Shown here: positions 55,344 through 64,000 of the stretch, piece by piece | Layout of the letters: each line of letters begins with the position of its first letter | How positions within the stretch are numbered: position 1 is the first letter of the stretch | Assembly (NCBI GenBank): GCA_016748015.1 | Contig: JAAOMT010000761.1 | Location: 235,331-299,330, forward strand | Length of the DNA: 64,000 bases | Direction: 5' to 3' | From: Geosiphon pyriformis uo1 | Taxonomy: Eukaryota; Fungi; Glomeromycota | Notes under the pieces: generated by a model | Told to the model about the DNA's origin: nothing | Seen by the model: only the letters and a program-made list of their open reading frames with translations | Database searches by the model: none | Program-made: the position numbers and the translations under genes

Positions 55344-58300
55344 AATTTTTAATTTCCTATTCTATTTGAATAGTTGCTAATTAGAGTGCAAATTGAAACC
55401 TGTTAAAGGCGAAAATAATTTAGGTTCGATATTTTTTCAAAAAAGTTTTCATGTTTTAATAATTCTTTTATTTTCAAATATAAGAAACTTTCAAGTAGAA
55501 TGAACAGTATAGATGTTATGCCAGTTTATGAGTAGAAATTTTTTGCTAAAAAATAAATATTAAAATTCTACATAACGCTATCTATAATCTGAAGCTTAAA
55601 TAATATTAATTTTTTTAAAACAATACCAAAATAAGTGTTGAATTTTTAATATATTCATTCAGAAAATTTATTTAAAGCATTATAAGTTTTACGAGTCAGG
55701 TTTATTTCATTTTTTGAGTCAGATAATGGTATTTTTAATGGAATATTATTCTTTCAGCATTATTGACCAGAAGCTTTTACTGTGTAAATTATTTTGTGAT
55801 TGATTAAGAGGACCAACAACTTTTACTATTCAAATAAAGTTTTGCTTATGACTTCATTTGGTAAAAAAAGGGTCTTCCGATTATAATCAAAAATAACCAA
55901 TATTGTGAAAAGCAAGAACAATTCATTTGATCTAAAAAACTCTTTTCTTGAAAACCTTTAATAACTAAAGACACCTAGGAGTGGCTCAATCAAAGACTTA
56001 CCCATGGCAACGACGCAGGGAGTGTTCGATCATTATTACTTATATTTTGGTGTAAATCTTAATCAGCTTTATATGCAATTTTTTTTATAAGCTTCAATAA
56101 CTTTTGAAACTTGAAATTTTGATTTTTTTATATTTCTCAAACTTTCCATTTAATCTCTAAATCATATTATCTCACGCAATTAAATCTGAAATAGAACGAT
56201 GACCCGCATATGATAAGTTTCAAAACCTGATTTAATTGATCCAATTTATAAAATATGAAATAACATAAGTATATTTAAAATTAATCAAATTTCATAAAAT
56301 GAACTGATTAATCGAATGAATATAACCAATATTATTAAAACCAAAATTAATCACTGAAATATTGAATTTTTTAAGATAATCAATAAAAGCAATAGTTTTA
56401 AGAATATCAATGACAAATAAGAAAGATCTTAATTCAATTACGAAAAAACCATGTTTATATGTCTTGAACTAATGAAATGCTGAATTTTTGTGGAAATTAA
56501 ATAAGTTTTTACATTGAATTTAGCCAATAATTAAAATGGATTCCAATCAAAATTAGCATCGGAAAATGGCAATATAAAAAAAGATGTGGGCTGTAGAATT
56601 TTCCTAAATTTTCGGACTTTCACTCAGAAAATAGAAGTTTCAATTAAAACAAATTGGTTTAGTTAAAATATATATATAATTTATTTAATGTATTTGTAAA
56701 TATTTTATAAATTATAAAAGTAATAATAATACTTAAAATTGTAGGCTAATTTAACAAAAAATAATTGAAAATTATTCAATAAAATAAAAAAAGCAAAATT
56801 TAATACATAAATATGATAATTTGGTAAAAAAATTAAACAATTAAAAAAATATAATGAGTGATCAAGATTTTGTATAAATAAAAATATTTAAAATTTCTGT
56901 TAGTTTAATGCTATTTTTATTTAAAACTATTCTATTGCAAATTGAAGACACAAATGAATAAATAGCAAAAAAGCAGTAAAGTAAATAAAATAACACATCA
57001 AATTTTATATCGAAATTATTCAAATAGAAAATCAATTTTAAAACATCAATTTTAATTCAAAAAAAATAATGCTTATTTATCAAAATTAAATGAATATTTT
57101 TATATTTAAGTAATTTACTAACAGATATTTAATTATTTTCAGATTAATTTTGGCAAAATAAATATAGAAAAAATGAAAAATATTTATTAATATAAAATAA
57201 ACTATTATTTAATATAAAAATAACTTTTTAAATAATTATTTTTACAATTTTAAAAAGTTAAATATATATCAAAAAATTAATAATCAATTAAAATTAGTTC
57301 AACAAATTTTATTCAACAATTAAATCATTGATCAAATTAACAATTAAGTTAAAAACTACTTTAAAAACAAAATGACCATTATTGGTATATAAAAATCAAA
57401 AAATTAAATTCTGGTAAAATAGATTAATTATTGCATAAATTTGTTTTATTTTTTCAAGATTTTATTTACATAAAAGATGATGAATTTTTAATTTTTAAAT
57501 ATTTATATACATATATATTGTATATAATGAAAATAGGTAAACTTCAAAAATGAAAAACCTTTGATTTCAAAAAAAAATTTATAAAATAATAACAACTTAA
57601 ATTTTGTTTATTATAATAATTATATTGTATTAATTTAAAAATATATAAATAAAAGAAATGACTTTGATAGACATTTTTGATTAAAAGTTCATTATAATAT
57701 CAAATTTGATAATTTTATTAATTTAAAATATTTCAAAAATAATTTAACAAAATACTTTCAGAATAATTTGATTAATAAACGAATAATTATATAAAACTTT
57801 AACTTAATTAATAAAAAATTTTGTTTAACATTTTTTAAATTATGAAAACCAATAATTAATCAAAAATACAATATTGATTAAATATCAAGTTTATTAACTT
57901 TATTAATAACAATTGGAAAAATGGCCTTAAAACTAAAATTTTTAAAATATATAAATAGTTTATTATTGTTACAAAAATAAGACATTTATTTCTTGAACAG
58001 CATTTTTTAGAATTCAATAAATCCTATTGTTATTCAAAAACAATTTTTTTTACTTTTCAAGCTAATTTTAACAAATACAAATAAAAAAAGATATTGACTG
58101 GTTCAAGGAAAAAAGAGATAATTTCTAAAGCTGTAAGAAGTTTTCTTTATATATTTAACAAAAAAATCAGGTCAACATTTAGGTCAATAACTTAGTATAT
58201 GTTGCAACTTAAAATTTAATTCAAACTCTTGTACAAATTTCACTTTTCTTTTTTGAAATTAACTTAAATCCCTATTTGTTGAAACTCTTATCTGGAAATT

Positions 58301-58559
58301 TTTCTTCTAGGATAAAATCTCAATGTAATATATTTTATAAATTTTGATTTATATTTGATTATAAGTTTGGTTTTCTAAATTTAATTCAACACCCTTATAA
58401 CAGTAACGCTATAAAGACTTTTAAAATTTCCTACAAATATCTTGATAGACCTCAGATTTGTGATTCAAATCAAAAGAATTTTTAGCGCATTAAAAGTCCA
58501 AAGGCAAAAATTGCTTTTTTTCACTAAAATAAAACTTTTATTATTATTATTCTCTTTCA

Positions 58560-59800
58560 ATTCTTCATATTTTTAAATTTTTAGCTGCCATTTTTTATTC
58601 AGGAAGTTGCCTTTTTCTATATAGCCGATTAATACTTCCTGGCAGAAATATTTTATTCTGTTTAATACATCCTCTCTTCATTTCTAAAGCATAAATGGCC
58701 TCCTTCAAAATTTTCACATACGAATAGCCTCCAATTAGTTTCTCATTTCGAAATTGCGATATATAATTTCTTAAGATCCAGGAGTGTTTTGCCCTAAATG
58801 TACAAGTTTGTTGGGAAATTTTCACTCTTAAATTTTTATTTGCAAACGAGCAATAAACAAAGCTTGTTTTCGAATCAAAGGATTTGACCAAAATTTCTAG
58901 TCAAGTCGAAAAATCTATGCCAGGAACAGGTTTTTTAAGATTCAAATCTAATGATTCAATTATGGTACCACAACTATGTACAACATTTGCGATCGCCCCA
59001 AGTACTCTTTTGCGGGCGCAGTGATTAAAGGGAAATTTTTTCTTTAAAAAACTTTTTCAATGCATAATTTTGTTATCTTATTAATCGAAAATTTGGCTAC
59101 TTTAAAATTTGATAATGATATAATCTGAGTAATTCGTTGATTTTTTTGGCTCTCCATAAGATACTTTCTTTTTAATAATATCCTTGTAAAAAAAACCTGT
59201 CAGAGAATGATTTGATCCAAATCTTAGGTCTGAATTTTTTTCCTTACTCAAAAAGCAGTATAGGAGTGTGCCTATAAAAAAATGCATTGCAAAGCAAAAA
59301 AGAAGCCAGCCCTTCCGAATAGTCGACTGAACCCCCCAAAAAATTATTTTCCATTGCAAATATAGATTTCCTAAAATTAACCAATTTAATTGGATTCTTC
59401 TAACTATAAAAAGCGCTTTTCTTTATGACCCACAATTGTCTAATTCCAAAGTTTTTACGTCTCCATAAGGTTCTAGAGATCTGCAAGTCAACTTCTTTAA
59501 GAGAAATAACCCTGATGGCATTTTGCAGAACTTAATATTTGTATCACAAGGTTTTTCCATGGGTTTCGGTGAATCTAACTTCCGTTAGCCGATTCAATAA
59601 AAATTACTTAGCTCGCCGCAATTGAGGAGGTTTTGCCTATCAGCCCAGGAGATATCCCTCTAGGCTTCCGGTAATTTCCGGGGATAATTTCTCATATAGT
59701 TTGCAGCAATAACTTAATGGTTATGAGTATTCAATATCCTTGTTCTCTTGATGATGAATAGCAAAATAAAATTGCCAGGCCTGGGTTGACATGAATCAAG
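58560..59800 (-). pseudogene. Possible degenerate coding remnant of unknown family
   Basis: Elevated GC and CpG with fragmented minus-strand frames. One fragment, GISPGLIGKTSSIA, is vaguely P-loop-like. No intact model could be built. Confidence 0.25.
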
Positions 59801-60238
59801 ATTTAATTACATCTAGCAATTCAACTTGTAGAAGTTAAAAATCCAAATTTTTGAATTTGACTCATTGAACTCAACTGTTCATTTTATTAATTCGAAGTAT
59901 CTCCTTGCACTTTATTAAATTAATTGTTTGGTATGTTTCACCAATAACAATACTTGATTGCCGATGCACAGGTACTGCAAATGATATATGTTTACCAATT
60001 ATTTCCGCCAAACGTCACACGGCAAATTTCCCAATATAGATCACTGGCAATCACATATCATGGGTTTTTGTCAGTTTTTGGGGTCTGATATCAATTTAGC
60101 GTATTAAATTAATCGAAACTTTATAATTGCCAATAATTTTTTATGTAAAAAATACCTCTCTTACTAAAACATTTCAGAAACCGTTTGAAGTATTCCTCTT
60201 TTAGGTTCATTTTTCAGTCAAGGATAAAAATAAGAAAC

Positions 60239-61385
60239 ATGCCAAATAAAAGGAAACCTAAGTCACATGTGAATCGAATACGGGAAAATTTTTTAAATGA
60301 ATATACTTTATCGAGAAGATCTCAAAAGTTTGTGGATGTCAAAGAAGTTCAAACACCCACCGTCGGATATAAAAGCTTCAATTGCCCAGAAAATATCCCT
60401 CTCGAAATTCTCACTAATATTTGTACATACCTGACGCCAAGTGATCTCAAGGGTCTAAGACTAGTATGCAAATTCTTTAATGAAGTTCTCGGATCACCGG
60501 TTTATTCAATTTCACAACAAATTTGGGAAAATTCGAGGCTTGCTTACTGCCCAGACCAACAGATGCCACCTCCTGAAGATATGTCTGAACAGGCATATGA
60601 AAACATTGTTCTCTATGAAAATGGATGTCAATTATGTGGCAACAAAGATGAAACTCCATCAATTTTCTGGGTGGTAAAAATACGTTGTTGCACAAAGTGT
60701 CTACAAAACAATATTTTGAGGTATACCTCTTTGCCTTTATGTGCCTTTGTCACCTTAAACTTGTATTAAGTTTCTCTAAATTTTTTTTCCAAGTAAGGAA
60801 CAGCTTCAAATAAAATGGCAAGTTCCAGATGAATTAATCGAAGTCATTGAACCGGTCACTCAACGTGATTTGTATGAGGATGGGCTTTCTTACTATTGGA
60901 AATCACAGGTTGCTCTAAAAATTAACCAATATATTCGACTTTTTCCCACGAAAAAAGAGACCTGGCTTCAACACGAAAAGACTCGTATTCACAAAATCAA
61001 GCAAGAAACTTTTCGACGAGAACAATTTGATGACCATCAAATTCAGCACAAAATAAATTCATTGAAAAGTCACCTGGAGTCATTGGTTACAGAATTTTTT
61101 AAATCGATTACTTCTCCTCAACCAAGGGGTCTTCGAAAACAAGCTGTACAAAGCTGTCCTTGTTATAAAAAGCTATTGTCCGATATCGAATCACTTCCAT
61201 TTATCCCGAAAGAGTGGGGGAGCTTTAAAGTTAAACTGGAACTCGAAATTAAAGAAAACCTCAAAAAACATTATAATTTCAATGGTTATACAAGTTCTAA
61301 TGATAGCACTATTGCTGATGATGAAGATCATCAAAGTCTTGACGACAGGTGTGCGAATGTCCTCCACTTAGGAGTTATCACTTGA
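60239..61385 (+). CDS. F-box domain protein (~357 aa, 2 exons)
   Basis: F-box IPLEILTNICTYLTPSDLKGLRLVCKFFNEVL, then IWENSR...MPPPEDMSE...GCQLCG...IRCCTKCL. Intron 60721-60793 (GT-AG) joins the two track ORFs in frame. Confidence 0.9.
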
Positions 61386-63659
61386 GAAGCAAAAGACTTT
61401 TTATAAAGGCAAAGAAATATTAATAAGGCTCTTTGCTTCATAAAAAAATTTCTAATTACAAACATTTTTTCTTCATCCTCTTTAATAAGACTAGAGCGTT
61501 TTGCTTCGATAGTTTATATTAAAGAATGCTGCTTTTATATATAAGAGCAATTCTGTTTCGACTTCGAGTGAAACTCATATTAATTAATGTGGGCAATTGC
61601 CCGATATATGAGGTTAAATAAGTTGCATTATAAACCTATATTTTAATCTTAAACTTTTAAAGAAATATAAAAATATTTTTGAAAAGGATTTTGCTTAAAT
61701 AAGCTGACCTAAAATTTTTACAGAATGACTAGTGGAAATCAACTAAGAATAAATTTAGAGGAAATCTATTCACAAGTTAGAGGCTAGCCCAAGATATTAC
61801 TAGAATTTAATGATTTAAAATTTTGTCTTTTAAAAATGTTTTTTGAAATCTTGAATTGTGCTTGGTCTCATTATCCGATGTGCCCCCTTATAATATCTAT
61901 ACTACACTAAAACTGGTTTTAAAGCAAATTTATTTATTTATTTTTATTACGTGACATTTTAACTAATATATACGAAAAAGATTCCACTCACTGAAGACTA
62001 ACGTGGCAGCTAAGAAATTTTGTAATTTCAACCGGAAAATTGCTGAGCTTGTTGGTTGTAACTAGGAAATTGTCGGGAATATACTCAAATGTGAGGAGAA
62101 CGTCCCTGAATTTCCGCCGAGGCAGTAAAAAGGTCGACTTCCTCTTCTTAACACTCCAGAATATGCCCGGCGAAATAAAGCAGTCATTGCGGGTTACAAT
62201 TATTAATTTTCTATATATATTTAACTGGCTAAAAACAAAAATATCCGTAGTTTTTCGATCATTGCCCAATTCTTATGGTCTTTTTGCTTTGATCTTTTTA
62301 GCCAACAGAAGGCCATATGAAAATCTACATGCGACTCCAAAACGGTAAACTTACAACCATTCACGTGAGCATGGAAATGACATTTATTCCCCTCCTTTCG
62401 TAAACTATCCTAAAACTATTTAAAAGTGTCACTTTCTACAGGATAGATAGGCTTAAAAATGAATTAATATAATTTAAAATGTTCTCCATTTCAAAAATTA
62501 TGTGTAAATATGGTCACTTCATTATATTATGTTATCTTTTTGATCACTATTTTAATTAATTAATATGAATCTTTCAATTAATCATCTTTTCAGTAAATAA
62601 TTCACCTTTTAAATTAATTAATTTATATCATTGATATATTTTTTACTTACATTATGGATAATGAAATCTTAATTTAATTTAGATGTTTTATTATAACTCA
62701 TTAATTGTATGTATATAATTTTTTATCTTATCAGCTTACTTTATTATTATATTATTGTCATTGTTGTTATTTTTATTTTTTAATTACATTATTGTTATAT
62801 TTATTTAAATTATATTATTTGCATTAATTTTAGAACATTATATATTACATTTCAATTTATTGATATTTATATATACAACTCTTTTTTATTAACAAAATTC
62901 TTTGGTTGAACAATATTAATTATTTTTTATTTTATTAATATTTAGTAAATAATTAAAAAATTTAAATTAAACAAAATTTTCTAAATAAATTAACGAGATA
63001 ACTAATAAAAAAAATTTTTAATAAATAAAATATTAAATTTCTGTGTCAAAATATTTGTATTAATTTGGTAAAAAAGAATCATTTGGCAATAAACTTTTTA
63101 TAATCGTTTACAGTTCAAGTTTAAGTTTTTAGAAAAATAAAATAAATTCATAATTGCTTAGCAAGTTAAAATTGTACGTCGTGTTTTTAGGTTGGCAAAA
63201 ATAAAAAATTTTTAATTTTCTTATTCAATATTTTATTATAATTGTTAATATTGAATATTTTCGTATTAAATGAGTTTTAATTTGGTTTATCACTATATCT
63301 TACAAAATTCATCTGAATTACAATATTCTATTAAAATTTACAAAGATATATCATATTTAAATTATATTATATTTATATAATAAATTTCTTTTCTTTTTAA
63401 ATAAAGATTAATGTTTTCATTTCTCGCTTTGTTTTTTCTACTCTCATAACACTTTATATATTAATGTCAAAAAAAATTTCTAATTTTTTTTTGACGGTAA
63501 AATTTTGAAATTAGAGATATTAATTGAAAAAACTTAAATGAGTTATGTTATCAAGGTTTGAATTATCTAAAAAAATAGAGAAAAATAGCTCATAATATAT
63601 TTTTAAAATACTTAAATTAAGTTATATGAATTATAAGCATTCATAATTCAAATTAAAAA

Positions 63660-64000
63660 TTTTATTAGCAGTAAAAACTTCAGATTTTTTATTTAGGTTT
63701 CTATTTTTTTTGGGGATTCCAAATATCTAAGGCTCAATTTTTGCGTTGAATAATTTAATTTTTCAAGTTCACCAAGAATATACCTTAAAAGCACCTGAGT
63801 AGCAGTATTTTATATATGATAGAAAACCACATTTTTTTTTTGAGTAAAAAAGTTCTACAGTTCTTGAGTTAAAGCTTTCCTTTATTAAGTTTAAATGCTA
63901 GAAGCATTTTATTTAAACTTTGGTAAACCAATGACATTTTATAAAAGTAATGCTATAATCCTAATGCACAATTAATATTAAGAAATAGTGAAAGAGATAT
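63660..64000. repeat. Diverged copy of the peptide-gene 3' flank (matches ~51001-51320)
   Basis: Collinear shared blocks: TTATTAGCAGTAAAA, ATATCTAA..CTCAATTTTT, ATGATAGAAA, TTTAAATGCT, TTGGTAAA(A)CCAATGA, ATTAATATTAA..AATAGTGAAAGAGA. Confidence 0.75.

Noticed and set aside
61988-62348. Overlapping 93- and 102-aa ORFs in a GC-richer patch
   Set aside because: No recognisable motifs; may be regulatory or remnant sequence.

Overview
AT-rich eukaryotic genomic DNA with short GT-AG introns. The gene families (Big_5-like Ig/TM family, class 3 lipase, F-box with CxxC...CCxxC, RNase H-bearing LINE) suggest an early-diverging fungus, most likely Glomeromycota; this taxonomic call is an inference. Contents in order: a CpG-depleted decayed LINE; a GPI-type surface protein; two pseudogenes, one carrying a ~158-bp internal inversion; an 11-exon cytochrome P450; a class 3 lipase homolog lacking catalytic Ser and His; an orphan 7-TM protein; two divergently oriented flavin reductase/BVR-B-like paralogs; a secreted Gly/Asn- and Thr-rich repeat protein; and an F-box gene. 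Headline finding, below the ORF-track cutoff: two minus-strand copies (51513-51644 and 54893-55024) of a 43-aa ORF, MQPTTNNQSSFNPLSIIAPGNGSIKGPTGDPDDGSGTGQCSIM. It ends in a CaaX box, the copies differ only at six synonymous sites, and it resembles a yeast a-factor-type lipopeptide pheromone precursor. The 3' flank of a probable third copy occupies the last ~340 bp of the window.
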